A stretch of DNA of 56,208 nucleotides from Parvibaculum sp. (GCA_030682415.1 JAUXOE010000046.1:1-56208), one strand, 5' to 3'; counted from the stretch's first letter, positions 23,013 to 34,003 are shown. The notes: a model not told the origin generated them from the sequence alone. Numbers and translations are program-made.

Positions 23013-24452
23013 TCAGCTGCGGTAGTCGGCGTTGATGCGGATGTAGTCATAGGTGAGATCGCAGGTCCACACGACGGCCGACGACTTGCCGACGCCGACA
23101 TCGACATCGATATCTATTTCCTGGCCCTTCATGTGTTTCGCCACCGGCGCTTCGTCATAGCCGCGCACGGCCATGCCATTCTTCGCCACATCGACGCCAC
23201 CGATGCGGATCGCGAGCCGATCGCGATCGGCCGCTTCGCCGGACTTGCCGACGGCCATGACGATGCGGCCCCAGTTCGCGTCCTCACCGGCGATCGCCGT
23301 CTTGACCAGCGGCGAATTGGCAATCGTCATGGCGATACGCCGCGCCGCCTGATGGCTCTGCGCCCCCGACACGGCGACACGCACGAACTTCGTCGCGCCT
23401 TCGCCATCCTTCACCACCTGATGCGCAAGATCGAGCATCAGCGCGTCGAACGCCTGGCGAAATTCGCGCAACCGCGGATCGCTGGCCCGCGTCACCGGCG
23501 CCTCGTCTGTCATCGCCGCCCCGGTCGCGAACACCATCACTGTGTCGCTGGTCGACGTGTCGCTGTCGACCGTGATCGCATTGAAGCTGTCCCGCGCACC
23601 GAGCATCAGCAGCGTTTGCAGGATTTTCGACGGGATGGCCGCATCGGTAAAAATGAAAACCAGCATGGTCGCGAGATCGGGTGCAATCATGCCCGAACCC
23701 TTGGCGATGCCGTTGATCGTGACCTCGGCGCCGCCGATCCGCACGCGTCGCGTCGCCAGCTTCGGATAGGTGTCGGTGGTCATGATCGCGCGGGCCGCGT
23801 CGTCCCATCTGTCCGGTGCGGCGGAAGCCATGGCGGTGGCGATACCTGCAACGACCGGCTCGGCTTCCATCGGCTGGCCGATGACGCCGGTCGACGCGAC
23901 GAAAACATCCCGTTGACGGCAATTTCCTGCCGCAGCCGCGGCTGCGGCGGTCGCCTTGACCGTGGCGACGCCTGCCTTGCCGGTGAAGGCGTTGGAGTTG
24001 CCCGAATTGACGACCAGCATGCGTCCCTCGCCGCCATCGGTGAGATTGGCACGGCACCAGTCGACGGGCGCAGACGCGGTCTTCGAGGTGGTGAAAATAC
24101 CGGCGGCCTGCGTACCTTCGATCATCTTCGCAACCAGAAGGTCGGTGCGCCCCTTGTATTTGATGCCGGCCGCGGTCACGCCCAGCGTGACACCGCCAAC
24201 GACCGGCAATTCGGGAAAGCCCTTCGGCGCCAGCGGCGAGACTTTCGCTGCTGCTTTGGCCTTGGTTTTGACCTTGGGCTTGAGACGCGCCGGCTTCTTC
24301 GGCCGTGCCAGTTTGCGTTGGGCACGCGGCTGCCTGGCCTTGCTGCGCGGGCCTGCCTTGGTCTTGGCCTTGCTCTTCGCCTTGCCGCTCACCTTGCGCT
24401 TCGGCTTTGCCGATGCCCGAACGCTCGCGCGCGCACTCTTTTTGACCGCCAT
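23013..24452 (-). CDS. argJ: Bifunctional ornithine acetyltransferase with about 70-aa basic N-terminal extension
   Basis: NSGNSNAFTG, STGVIG, IMTTDT, KGSGMIAPDLATML autocleavage site, DGEGATK, WTCDL, NADYRS. Confidence 0.96.
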   Translation of the reverse strand: MAVKKSARASVRASAKPKRKVSGKAKSKAKTKAGPRSKARQPRAQRKLARPKKPARLKPKVKTKAKAAAKVSPLAPKGFPELPVVGGVTLGVTAAGIKYKGRTDLLVAKMIEGTQAAGIFTTSKTASAPVDWCRANLTDGGEGRMLVVNSGNSNAFTGKAGVATVKATAAAAAAAGNCRQRDVFVASTGVIGQPMEAEPVVAGIATAMASAAPDRWDDAARAIMTTDTYPKLATRRVRIGGAEVTINGIAKGSGMIAPDLATMLVFIFTDAAIPSKILQTLLMLGARDSFNAITVDSDTSTSDTVMVFATGAAMTDEAPVTRASDPRLREFRQAFDALMLDLAHQVVKDGEGATKFVRVAVSGAQSHQAARRIAMTIANSPLVKTAIAGEDANWGRIVMAVGKSGEAADRDRLAIRIGGVDVAKNGMAVRGYDEAPVAKHMKGQEIDIDVDVGVGKSSAVVWTCDLTYDYIRINADYRS

Positions 24453-24488
24453 AGTCGCCTGCCCCGAAACTGAGATCCTATTTCGCTC

Positions 24489-25373
24489 TTACTGTGCCGG
24501 CGGCACGATCTGCGGCCGCCCGGCGGGCGGAGCCGATTCGGCGCCAACAACGTCTATCTTCGCATCGGCGCGCAATTTGGCCATGAGCTTTTGTCCCTCC
24601 TCACGCACGATCGTGCGGACAATTTCCTCATGCGCTTCCTCAAGACTTGGCTTCGGCACGTCGCGCGTGTCGGCCAGTTGGATCACATGCCAACCGAAGT
24701 CGGTCTGGACAGGCGGTGAAACCTCGCCCGGTTGCAACGCGAACACAGCATCGCCGAAAGCCGGCACCATTTCGTCGCGGCGAAACCAGCCGAGATCGCT
24801 GTCTTCAGGTGTTCCGGCCCTGCCGCCATATTGCGTGACGGCGTCGTCAAAGCTCAGCCCGCCGGCGATCTCGGCAGCGATTTTTTCGGCTTCGGCCTTT
24901 GTCTGCACCAGAATATGCCGGGCATTCGCTTCCTTTTCGGCCGGCGCCTTGACGATATTGGCCTCGTACCAGGCCGCAATCGCGGCGTCGGTAACCTTGT
25001 CCTGCATCAGTTGCGACCAGTAGAAATCACGCAGCGCCTTCTCGGCGAAATAGACCTGACGGCGCTGGACCTCGGGGTGATCCTCGACCTTGGCAGCCCG
25101 GGCGGCCTCAGCCACAACGCGCCGGTCGATCAGCATGCCAAGCAGATACTGGAACCGCATCTCGGGCTCGAGCCGCGCCAGCGCCGCGCCCATTTCCTCG
25201 TCGGCCATTGCCACATCGGAATAGCGGATCGGTGTGCCCTGGACCGTCACGATGATTGCATCCTGCGCGTCATCCTGGGCCCGTGCCGGCGTGGCAAGAC
25301 CGCCGGCGGCGAAGGGAGCGGCTAGAAGCGGGACGGCAAGCGCAAAAGCGGCCAAACGGCGCGAAAAGAGCAT
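24489..25373 (-). CDS. Periplasmic parvulin-type peptidyl-prolyl isomerase (PrsA/PpiC-like)
   Basis: Signal peptide, ARHILV, DLGWF, PVQTDFGWHVI; start reset to MLFSRR with GGAAGG RBS. Confidence 0.92.
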   Translation of the reverse strand: MLFSRRLAAFALAVPLLAAPFAAGGLATPARAQDDAQDAIIVTVQGTPIRYSDVAMADEEMGAALARLEPEMRFQYLLGMLIDRRVVAEAARAAKVEDHPEVQRRQVYFAEKALRDFYWSQLMQDKVTDAAIAAWYEANIVKAPAEKEANARHILVQTKAEAEKIAAEIAGGLSFDDAVTQYGGRAGTPEDSDLGWFRRDEMVPAFGDAVFALQPGEVSPPVQTDFGWHVIQLADTRDVPKPSLEEAHEEIVRTIVREEGQKLMAKLRADAKIDVVGAESAPPAGRPQIVPPAQ

Positions 25374-25610
25374 CAGAGAACCTTCCTGTGACGTGATCTG
25401 GACATTTCCGGTCATTTGTCCGGCCGCGGCCGTGGTGCCGACACGGCAACTGTCGGTCGAATACCATAAGCCCGGCCTTCGAGGCGGAATTTTGGCGCGC
25501 CATAATGGGCCCGCCCCCCAAGCCGCACAAGGACCGCTCCATTACAGTAAATTAAAGAAAATCCGCCGCTTTCCGCCCTCGACAGGGCAGCGCGCGGGAG
25601 CCCGGTTTCA

Positions 25611-25639
25611 TTGACAAGGCATCGGCTGCCCCTTACATC
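25611..25639 (+). promoter_or_regulatory. Putative sigma70 promoter of secA
   Basis: TTGACA-N17-TACATC, about 30 nt upstream of the secA start. Confidence 0.6.
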
Positions 25640-25669
25640 GAGAGCGCACCGCAAGAGGATTTTGACCTG

Positions 25670-28396
25670 ATGGCAAGCTTTGGCGCGTTCGCCAAGCGTC
25701 TTTTCGGCTCGTCCGGCGACCGAAAGATCAAGGCTTACAGGGCCCGGGTCGAGGCGATCAACGCGCTCGAACCTGAACTGGCCCAACTGGACGACGCAGC
25801 CCTGCGTGGCAAGACGGCCGAATTCCGCGCCCGTCTCGCAGCCGGCGAGGCGCTGGACGATCTCTTGCCCGAAGCCTTCGCCACAGTACGCGAAGCCGCA
25901 AAGCGCACCCTTGGCGAGCGTCATTACGATGTGCAGCTGATCGGCGGCATGGTGCTGCACGAGGGCAATATTTCGGAAATGAAGACCGGCGAAGGCAAGA
26001 CGCTTGTCTCGACGCTGGCGGCCTATCTGAACGCGCTGCCCGCCAAAGGCGTTCACCTTGTCACCGTCAACGACTATCTGGCCAAGCGCGACTCCGAATG
26101 GATGGGCAAGGTCTACCGCTTCCTGGGCCTTGAGGTCGGCGTCATTCTGCACGGTCTCGACGACAACCAGCGCCGCGAAGCCTATGCCGCCGACATCACC
26201 TACGGCACCAACAACGAATACGGCTTCGACTATCTCCGCGACAACATGAAGTATCAGCTCGCATCGATGGTTCAGCGCGGACATCATTTCGCGATCGTCG
26301 ACGAAGTGGACTCGATCCTGATCGACGAAGCGCGCACGCCGCTGATCATTTCAGGACCGCTCGACGACAAGTCGGATCTCTATCTTTCCGTCGACGAGAT
26401 CATTCCGGAAATCGCCGAAGCCGACTACGAGATGGACGAGAAGGCGCGCACCGTCAATCTCACGGATGACGGCAACGAGCATGTCGAGGAGCTGCTGCGC
26501 GCCCGCAACATCTTGACCGACGGCAACCTCTACGACATCGAAAACATCACCATCGTCCACCACATCAACAATGCCCTGCGCGCGCACAAACTGTTCCAGA
26601 AGGACAAGGACTACATCGTCAAGGCCGGTAAGGTCGTCATCATCGACGAGTTCACCGGCCGCATGATGGAGGGCAGGCGTTATTCCGATGGATTGCACCA
26701 GGCGCTGGAAGCAAAAGAGCGCGTACAGATCCAACCCGAAAACCAGACGCTGGCCTCCATCACCTTCCAGAACTACTTCCGGATGTACAAGAAGCTGGCC
26801 GGCATGACGGGTACGGCACTGACGGAAGCATCGGAATTCGGCGACATCTACAACCTTGATGTGCTCGAGATCCCGACCAACAGGAAACTCGCCCGCGTCG
26901 ACGAAGATGACGAGGTCTATCGCAGCGCGCGCGAGAAATACGACGCGATCATTCTGCAGATCGAGGATTGCGCCGCACGTGACCAACCGGTGCTTGTCGG
27001 CACGACCTCGATCGAGAAGTCGGAACAGCTCGCCGAGCTTCTGAAAAAGAAAAAGGTCAAGCACAACGTTCTCAACGCGCGCTACCACGAACAGGAAGCG
27101 CATATCATCGCGCAAGCCGGCGTTCCCGGCGCCGTCACCATCGCCACCAACATGGCCGGCCGCGGCACCGACATCCAGCTTGGCGGCAATCTCGACATGC
27201 GCATCGCCGACGAAACGGCGGGCATCGAGGACGAAGCGGCGCGCCGTCGCAAGATCGACGAAGTGAAAGCCGATGTCACGGCCAAGAAAAACCGCGCGCT
27301 GGAAGCCGGTGGCCTGTACGTCATCGGCACCGAGCGTCACGAGAGCCGCCGCATCGACAATCAGCTGCGTGGCCGCTCCGGTCGTCAGGGCGACCCCGGC
27401 CGTTCGAAATTCTATCTCTCGCTCGAAGACGACCTGATGCGCATCTTTGGCACCGACCGCATGGACGGGATGCTGCAGAAGCTGGGGCTCCAGGAGGGCG
27501 AAGCGATCGTCCATCCATGGATCAACAAGGCGCTGGAAAAGGCGCAACAGAAGGTCGAGGCACGCAACTTCGATATCCGCAAGAACCTGCTGAAGTTCGA
27601 CAATGTCATGAACGATCAGCGCCGCGCGATTTTCGAACAGCGTATCGAGCTGATGAAGGCCGAGGATGTTTCCGAGACCGTGGGCGACATGCGCCGCCAG
27701 GTCATCGACGACATGGTCGCGCTGCATGTGCCGGAAAAGGCCTATGCCGAACAATGGGACATGGAGGGCCTGAAGGCCGAAGTCGAGAAGACGCTCGGTC
27801 TCGATCTCCCGGTCGAAACCTGGGCCGAGGAAGAAGGCATCGCAGAGGAAGAGATCCGCGAACGCCTCTATGCGGCGACCGACCGCCACATGGCGGCGAA
27901 GTCCGCGCAGATCGGACCCGACCTGATGCGCCAGGTCGAGAAGGCCGTGCTGCTTCAGACGCTCGACATGCATTGGCGCGAACATTTGATGATGCTCGAT
28001 CATCTGCGTCAGGCGGTGGGCCTGCGCGGCTACGGCCAACGCGACCCACTGAACGAATACAAGTCGGAAGCCTTCGAACTCTTCGAAAGCCTGTTGCGTC
28101 GCCTGCGCGAGGATGTAACGCGGCAGCTCGCCGTCGCACAATTCGTAACCGAGGCGCAAGCACCGCGCATCGAGGATGCACCGTTACCCGAGATGCATGC
28201 GCATCATGCGGATCCAACGACCGGTGAAGACGAGTTGGCTGGCGGCGACACTGCAACCCTGCAGCGCCCCGTCCGCAACGATCCGGGTGTCGAACTCAAC
28301 CCCAACGATCCGGCGACCTGGGGCAAGACGCCGCGCAATGCCCCCTGTCCCTGCGGCTCGGGCAAGAAATACAAGCACTGCCACGGCACAATCTGA
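25670..28396 (+). CDS. secA: Protein translocase subunit SecA
   Basis: [57 protein letters not shown]-terminal [14 protein letters not shown]. Confidence 0.99.
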   Translation: MASFGAFAKRLFGSSGDRKIKAYRARVEAINALEPELAQLDDAALRGKTAEFRARLAAGEALDDLLPEAFATVREAAKRTLGERHYDVQLIGGMVLHEGNISEMKTGEGKTLVSTLAAYLNALPAKGVHLVTVNDYLAKRDSEWMGKVYRFLGLEVGVILHGLDDNQRREAYAADITYGTNNEYGFDYLRDNMKYQLASMVQRGHHFAIVDEVDSILIDEARTPLIISGPLDDKSDLYLSVDEIIPEIAEADYEMDEKARTVNLTDDGNEHVEELLRARNILTDGNLYDIENITIVHHINNALRAHKLFQKDKDYIVKAGKVVIIDEFTGRMMEGRRYSDGLHQALEAKERVQIQPENQTLASITFQNYFRMYKKLAGMTGTALTEASEFGDIYNLDVLEIPTNRKLARVDEDDEVYRSAREKYDAIILQIEDCAARDQPVLVGTTSIEKSEQLAELLKKKKVKHNVLNARYHEQEAHIIAQAGVPGAVTIATNMAGRGTDIQLGGNLDMRIADETAGIEDEAARRRKIDEVKADVTAKKNRALEAGGLYVIGTERHESRRIDNQLRGRSGRQGDPGRSKFYLSLEDDLMRIFGTDRMDGMLQKLGLQEGEAIVHPWINKALEKAQQKVEARNFDIRKNLLKFDNVMNDQRRAIFEQRIELMKAEDVSETVGDMRRQVIDDMVALHVPEKAYAEQWDMEGLKAEVEKTLGLDLPVETWAEEEGIAEEEIRERLYAATDRHMAAKSAQIGPDLMRQVEKAVLLQTLDMHWREHLMMLDHLRQAVGLRGYGQRDPLNEYKSEAFELFESLLRRLREDVTRQLAVAQFVTEAQAPRIEDAPLPEMHAHHADPTTGEDELAGGDTATLQRPVRNDPGVELNPNDPATWGKTPRNAPCPCGSGKKYKHCHGTI

Positions 28397-28407
28397 CGTG
28401 TTGCGCC

Positions 28408-28439
28408 GGCCATGCCACCCGAAGCCGGGCGGCATGGCC
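28408..28439. terminator. GC-rich hairpin between convergent secA and MFS genes
   Basis: GGCCATGCC-ACCCG-AAGC-CGGGC-GGCATGGCC; no clear U-tract. Confidence 0.55.
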
Positions 28440-28450
28440 GGCGCGGGACT

Positions 28451-29761
28451 TCATCCCTTGCGCACGGCCAGCGCCTTGCCAGCCCGGAAATAGTGCCACG
28501 CACCCCAGATGTTGATGAAGGAAAGGATCAGCAGCGCGTAGCGCAGCGATTCCGCCCCATAGGTCGGCGCCATCAAATCGCTGAACACGCCAACCAGTTG
28601 CGGACCCAACCCGAGACCGATGATGTTGAGGATGAACAGCATGATCGCCGAACAGAGCGCGCGCATATGCACCGGCGCCCGGCTCTGGATTATCGCAAAA
28701 GACGGCCCGAGATAGAAGGCGCCGAGCAGCACCGTTGGCACATAGACGATCAGCGCGATCGTCGAATCGAACTCAAGAAAGAACCAGAGAACGAGCGGCG
28801 CCGCCAGAACTTTTGCCAGCGCCACGATCCACATTTTCCAGCGCACATCTCTCGATCCGAGCCTGTCGGCAAGCTGTCCGCCCACCAAGGCGCCGATCAC
28901 CCCGGCAATGCCGACGACCGCAGCAAGGTAAATGCCGACTTCGAACATCGTCATGTTGTGGCTGCGCATAAAAAACGCCGCGCCCCAGTAGGCGCCGCCG
29001 TAGCCGACGAAGGAAATCAGCGTGACACCGATAACGACATGGCGCGAAACTTTGTCCCGCCAGAGATGCGCAAAGGCGGCACGAATCTGCTGACGGGCGA
29101 CAACGAAATTGATTGGTCCCCGCGCGGTGGGCGCCAGCCCGTCGGAGTGGCCGCGCGGCGGCTCGATCAGCGTGAAGCGAACGATCAGCGCGATCAGAAT
29201 GCCTGGCAGGCCGACAACGACAAAGGCCGCACGCCATCCATATTCGGTCGCCACATAGGCACCGACCAGGAATCCGAGCATGATGCCGACATAGATACCG
29301 AGCGCATAGATCGCGAGAGCGCCGGAGCGCTGATGCTCGGGATAGAGATCGGCAATCATCGAATGAGACGGCGGGCTCGATCCCGCTTCGCCGACGCCGA
29401 CGCCGATGCGCGCGAACGCCAGCGTCCAGAACCCGGTCACAAAGGCGCAGGCCACCGTCATTGCGCTCCACACCGTGATCGCCAGTGCGATAATGTTGCG
29501 CCGGTTCAGACGGTCGGCGAGAAAGGCAATCGGAATGCCCAGCGTCGCATAAAAAATGCCGAAAGCGATGCCGCCGAGAAATCCCATCTGCGTGTCGGTC
29601 AAGTCGAATTCCAGACGGATCGGCTCGACCAGTATGCCCATGATCTGCCTGTCGACATAGCTGGAGATGTAGGCCAGCAGGAGAACGAAAAGCGCGTAGC
29701 GCCGGTAGGCTGGCGAAATCGTGACCGGCGTCGATGCTTGCGCCGTTGTTGTATCGGCCAT
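28451..29761 (-). CDS. MFS transporter, spinster family
   Basis: SYVDRQI, LADRLNRR, RIGVGVGEAG..PPSHSMIADLYP, about 12 TM segments. Confidence 0.92.
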   Translation of the reverse strand: MADTTTAQASTPVTISPAYRRYALFVLLLAYISSYVDRQIMGILVEPIRLEFDLTDTQMGFLGGIAFGIFYATLGIPIAFLADRLNRRNIIALAITVWSAMTVACAFVTGFWTLAFARIGVGVGEAGSSPPSHSMIADLYPEHQRSGALAIYALGIYVGIMLGFLVGAYVATEYGWRAAFVVVGLPGILIALIVRFTLIEPPRGHSDGLAPTARGPINFVVARQQIRAAFAHLWRDKVSRHVVIGVTLISFVGYGGAYWGAAFFMRSHNMTMFEVGIYLAAVVGIAGVIGALVGGQLADRLGSRDVRWKMWIVALAKVLAAPLVLWFFLEFDSTIALIVYVPTVLLGAFYLGPSFAIIQSRAPVHMRALCSAIMLFILNIIGLGLGPQLVGVFSDLMAPTYGAESLRYALLILSFINIWGAWHYFRAGKALAVRKG

Positions 29762-29892
29762 GTGTGGAGCCCCCAAAATTCTGTGACCTCACATTACGTT
29801 TGTCCGTCGCGCCCGGCAATCGCTTGCGGCCACGCGCGCCCCTGCCATAATCGCCTCAAATCAGAAACGAGATGCCGAGGAGGCCGAGCCCG

Positions 29893-31074
29893 ATGCCATC
29901 CCCCACACCCTTCACGATCGATATTCCGCAGGGAAAGATTGAGGCGATCCTGAAAAAGGTCCGCGCCTATGAGTGGCACGAGATGCCCGAAATTCCGGTT
30001 GGCGGCGATCGCTGGGCCTACGGCGCGGACATGGACTACATGAAAGAGCTCTGTGGCTACTGGGTCGACAAGTTCGACTGGCGCGCGGCCGAGAAAAATC
30101 TCAACCGCTTTCCGCAGTTCCGTGCCGACGTCGACGGCCACAATATCCATTTCATCCATGTGAAAGGGTCGGGCGCCAATCCCGAAACCGTGTTGCTGAC
30201 CCATGGTTGGCCGGGCTCGGTCTTCGAATTCCTCGATGTGATCGAGCGGCTGGCCCATCCCGAGACATGCGGCGGCAAGGCGGATGACGGTGTCAATCTG
30301 GTCATTCCGTCACTTCCCGGCTACGCCTTCGGCGGCAAACTGAAAACGCCCATCGGTCCGCGCGGCACCGCCGCACTCTGGGACAAACTGATGCGGGACG
30401 TGCTGGGCTACCAGAGCTATATCGCGCAGGGCGGTGACTGGGGCGCCGTCGTTTCGGGCTGGCTCGCCTATGATCACGGCGTGCCGAAGGGCGGCTGCAA
30501 GGCCGTACATCTCAACATGTTCGGCCTGCGGCCCGCAGTCCTTCCCGAGACCGACGAGGAAAAGCAGTGGGCGCAAGGCGCGGCCATGGTTTTCGAGCTT
30601 GAGAGTGCCTATCTGCGCCTGCAGATGACAAAGCCCCAGACACTCTCCTACGGCATGATGGACAGCCCCGTCGGCGCCGCCGCATGGATTGTCGAAAAAT
30701 TTCATGGCTGGTCTGACCGGCGCGGCAAGGATGGAAGCGAGCACATCGAGAACGCATTCTCGAAAGACCAGATCCTTACCAACCTGATGATCTATCTGGT
30801 CACGGGGACCTTCAACACCGCGACCTGGTTCTATCGCGGCCTGTTCGAGGAGGGTGGAAACACCATGGCGCCGGGAACGAAAGTCGAAGTGCCCACCGGC
30901 ATCGCCAATTTCCCGAAGGAATTTCTCCGGTTCCCGCCACGCAGCATGATCGAGAAGGGCTACAATGTCGTCCGCTGGACCGACTTCGAGCATGGCGGTC
31001 ATTTCGCGGCGCTCGAGACCGGCCCGGTCTTCGCCGACGACGTCCGCGCCTTCGTGCAGCAGGTCAAGGGCTGA
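29893..31074 (+). CDS. Epoxide hydrolase (microsomal/EHN type), paralogue 1
   Basis: EHN N-terminus, HGWP, QGGDWG nucleophile, GGHFAALE; GAGGAGG RBS. Confidence 0.93.
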   Translation: MPSPTPFTIDIPQGKIEAILKKVRAYEWHEMPEIPVGGDRWAYGADMDYMKELCGYWVDKFDWRAAEKNLNRFPQFRADVDGHNIHFIHVKGSGANPETVLLTHGWPGSVFEFLDVIERLAHPETCGGKADDGVNLVIPSLPGYAFGGKLKTPIGPRGTAALWDKLMRDVLGYQSYIAQGGDWGAVVSGWLAYDHGVPKGGCKAVHLNMFGLRPAVLPETDEEKQWAQGAAMVFELESAYLRLQMTKPQTLSYGMMDSPVGAAAWIVEKFHGWSDRRGKDGSEHIENAFSKDQILTNLMIYLVTGTFNTATWFYRGLFEEGGNTMAPGTKVEVPTGIANFPKEFLRFPPRSMIEKGYNVVRWTDFEHGGHFAALETGPVFADDVRAFVQQVKG

Positions 31075-31081
31075 GGACGCC

Positions 31082-32290
31082 ATGACCCATCGCATCGTTC
31101 CGGCCGACCCCTTCACGATCCGTATCCCCGAAGCGGAAATCGCGGATCTGAAACGGCGCCTGCGCGCCACCCGCTTCCCGAACCAACCGCTCGGCAATGA
31201 AAGTTGGGAGTACGGAACGAACCTCGACTACATGGAACGCCTGGTCGAATACTGGCGCGACGATTTCGACTGGCGGAAGGCGGAAGAAAATCTCAACCGC
31301 TTTCCGCAGTTTCTCGCAACGTTGACGGACGCCGACGACGAGGACCACACGATCCATTTCCTTTATGAACGCGGCTCGGGCGACAACGCGATCCCGCTGA
31401 TCCTGACGCATGGCTGGCCCTCGACCTTTCGCGAATTTCTCGACGTGGTCGATCCGCTGGCGCACCCGGAGAAATATGGCCGCGAAGGCCCGGCTTTCGA
31501 CGTCATTGTGCCATCGCTGATCGGCTACGGCTTTTCCTCGCTGCCGCGTAAGCCGATCGGACCCGCCGCCATCGCCGACCTCTGGCACCGCTTGATGACG
31601 GAAGTGTTGGGCTACGACCGCTACGCGGCGCAGGCCGGCGACTGGGGCAGTTTCGTCACTTCGCGTCTGGCGCTTCAGCATGCCGATGCGCTTCTCGGCA
31701 TCCATCTGACCATGCTGCCGCTCCGGCCGGCATTGAAACATCAAAGCCAACCGCCGGTCAGCGAAGAGGAAGGCCGCTGGATTGCCGACATGCAGAAATG
31801 GTGGCGCCGGGAGGAAGGTTATCGTTCGATCCAGTCGACAAAGCCGATGGCGCTCGCATTCGCCCTGGCTGACAGCCCGGCCGGCCTCGCCGGCTGGCTC
31901 GCCGACAAATATTATCGCCTCGGCGACACCGACAAACGCACGACGATGGACGGCATGATCGCACGTTTCCCTTTTGACGACATCCTGACCCAGTTCTCGA
32001 TCTACTGGTTTACCGGCACCATCAATTCGGCCAATACGCTCTACAAGGCGGGGCCCGCCGAGGGTTCGGCATTGCTGAGGCCGGGTGAAAAGGTGACGGT
32101 GCCAACCGCCTATTCCGAATATCCAATCGACGTGCTTCCTGATACGCCACGCTCATGGGCCGAACGGGGCTACAATATCGTCCGCTGGCGGATCATGGAA
32201 AAGGGCGGTCACTTCGCGGCGATGGAGGAACCGGAGCTGTTTGCCGACGATGTCCGCGCGGCCTTTGTCGAGATGGGTGTCGGCCGCTGA
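31082..32290 (+). CDS. Epoxide hydrolase (microsomal/EHN type), paralogue 2
   Basis: HGWP, QAGDWG, GGHFAAMEEP; GAGG RBS overlapping the paralogue 1 stop. Confidence 0.93.
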   Translation: MTHRIVPADPFTIRIPEAEIADLKRRLRATRFPNQPLGNESWEYGTNLDYMERLVEYWRDDFDWRKAEENLNRFPQFLATLTDADDEDHTIHFLYERGSGDNAIPLILTHGWPSTFREFLDVVDPLAHPEKYGREGPAFDVIVPSLIGYGFSSLPRKPIGPAAIADLWHRLMTEVLGYDRYAAQAGDWGSFVTSRLALQHADALLGIHLTMLPLRPALKHQSQPPVSEEEGRWIADMQKWWRREEGYRSIQSTKPMALAFALADSPAGLAGWLADKYYRLGDTDKRTTMDGMIARFPFDDILTQFSIYWFTGTINSANTLYKAGPAEGSALLRPGEKVTVPTAYSEYPIDVLPDTPRSWAERGYNIVRWRIMEKGGHFAAMEEPELFADDVRAAFVEMGVGR

Positions 32291-32821
32291 TCAGCTCGAA
32301 TCGGGAATTCCAGCACCGAGATCGATCCACTGCGTGTCCTCGTATGCGAGAATCTCGTAGGGCCCGTGTTCATAGGCCACGGTCTCAACCGAACCGAAAT
32401 ACGACAGGATCATCCAATGTCCGGAATGGCGGTAACGCATCGGTAGCGTCAGCGCTTCAGTTCGCTCGACCAGATTTTCGCGGCGAACGCGCAGCATGTT
32501 CCATCGACCGCAGGGTGTACCTGTCTGCATACGAAGAAGATCGAGATAGCGCGGACGCGTTTCCGGCGCAACGAGATCGAGCGCGTTGCCCCCTGTCGGG
32601 TCGAAGCCCATGGCGCGGCAAATCGCCGTGCCCGCAAGCCGCTGCACGATAAGCTCGTCCGACACGATCTCGAGAATGGTAACGGCCGACATCAGCGGTG
32701 CGATCGGCGCCGGACTGAAATCCTTGCGGTCCGGCACAAACCCATCCTTGGGCAGACTGTCCCAATAGGAGAAGAAGCGCCGGGCGCCAGCGGTGCGCAG
32801 AAAATCCGGAAATGCCAGCAT
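32291..32821 (-). CDS. Stand-alone PAS-fold protein (PAS_5-like)
   Basis: YWDSL....PDRKDFSP..I..LM, RLAGT, G-DPTG, E-L-LP pattern; GGAG RBS. Confidence 0.8.
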   Translation of the reverse strand: MLAFPDFLRTAGARRFFSYWDSLPKDGFVPDRKDFSPAPIAPLMSAVTILEIVSDELIVQRLAGTAICRAMGFDPTGGNALDLVAPETRPRYLDLLRMQTGTPCGRWNMLRVRRENLVERTEALTLPMRYRHSGHWMILSYFGSVETVAYEHGPYEILAYEDTQWIDLGAGIPDSS

Positions 32822-32925
32822 CCAGATAGCTCCGTCCGATCAGGCAGCGACAATCGCTCCCCGTCCACAAGGGTGCAATGATGCTAGCAATCCGGAAAGA
32901 TTAAATGAAGGTGGAAAGGCGAAGG

Positions 32926-33885
32926 TTACGAAAGTCCTAAACGTCCCATTGCGAGGAACTTTTCGCGCCTGACGCGCCGGATCGAATCGGCATCGAGCTT
33001 TTCGAGACCGCGCAATTCCTCGGCGATGGCATCGCCCGTTTCCTTGATTGTCTGGTTGCGTTCACGGTGCGCGCCGCCGATGGGTTCCGGCAGCACCCGA
33101 TCGATCACACCAAGCTCGTGAAGGTTCTGCGCCGTGATTTTCATCGCCGTTGCCGCTTCCTTCGCCTTGTCGGAACTGCGCCACAGGATCGACGAGGCCC
33201 CTTCGGGCGAAATGACGCTGTAGACCGAATGCTCAAGCATCAATACGCGGTTGCCGCAGGCAATGCCGATGGCACCGCCCGACATGCCTTCGCCGATAAT
33301 GACCGAGATGAGCGGCACCCCGAGTGACAGGCAGCGGTCAGTCGAGCGGGCGATGGCTTCTGCGACGCTGCGCTCCTCGCTTTCCATGCCGGGATAGGCG
33401 CCCGACGTATCGGCAAGCGTCACCACCGGAATGCCGAACCGCTCAGCCAGCGACATCAGCCGGATCGCCTTGCGATAACCTTCCGGACGCGCCATGCCGA
33501 AGTTGTGCTTGATGCGGCCTTGCGTATCGGAGCCCTTTTCATGACCGATAAACATCACCGTACGGCCACGAAAGCGGCCGAGCCCACCGACAATAGCGGC
33601 ATCCTCGCCATAAACCCGGTCGCCCGCCAGAGGTGTGAAGTCCTCGACCAGACGTTCAATGTAATCCAGAAAATGTGGCCGCGCCGGATGCCGTGCCACC
33701 TGCACCTTTTGCCAGGGGGTCAGCGAGGCATAAATATCCTGCAGCAGTTGCGATGCCTTCTGCTCAAGCTTCGCCACTTCGTCTGAAATGCTGACGGACG
33801 GATCGTCCTGCGCGAGGAGCTTCAGCTCCTGCACCTTGCCTTCCAGTTCCGCGATCGGTTTCTCGAAGTCGAGGTAGGTGTGCAT
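32926..33885 (-). CDS. accA: Acetyl-CoA carboxylase carboxyltransferase alpha
   Basis: YLDFEKPI, ARHPARP, NFGMARPEGYRKA, YSVISPEG; start reset to MHTYLDF. Confidence 0.98.
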   Translation of the reverse strand: MHTYLDFEKPIAELEGKVQELKLLAQDDPSVSISDEVAKLEQKASQLLQDIYASLTPWQKVQVARHPARPHFLDYIERLVEDFTPLAGDRVYGEDAAIVGGLGRFRGRTVMFIGHEKGSDTQGRIKHNFGMARPEGYRKAIRLMSLAERFGIPVVTLADTSGAYPGMESEERSVAEAIARSTDRCLSLGVPLISVIIGEGMSGGAIGIACGNRVLMLEHSVYSVISPEGASSILWRSSDKAKEAATAMKITAQNLHELGVIDRVLPEPIGGAHRERNQTIKETGDAIAEELRGLEKLDADSIRRVRREKFLAMGRLGLS

Positions 33886-33974
33886 CGCGCTCCGGCAACT
33901 CCCGCCCATCCGCGGCCCCGGCAAAGACGCCGGGAGAACCCGGGCGCGGGCCCTCTTTTTTGCAAGTGCGCGGC

Positions 33975-34003
33975 ACACTGGCCCGCGCCCGCGCCCTTGT
34001 CAA
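33975..34003 (-). promoter_or_regulatory. Putative sigma70 promoter of accA
   Basis: Minus strand TTGACA-N17-CAGTGT. Confidence 0.5.
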
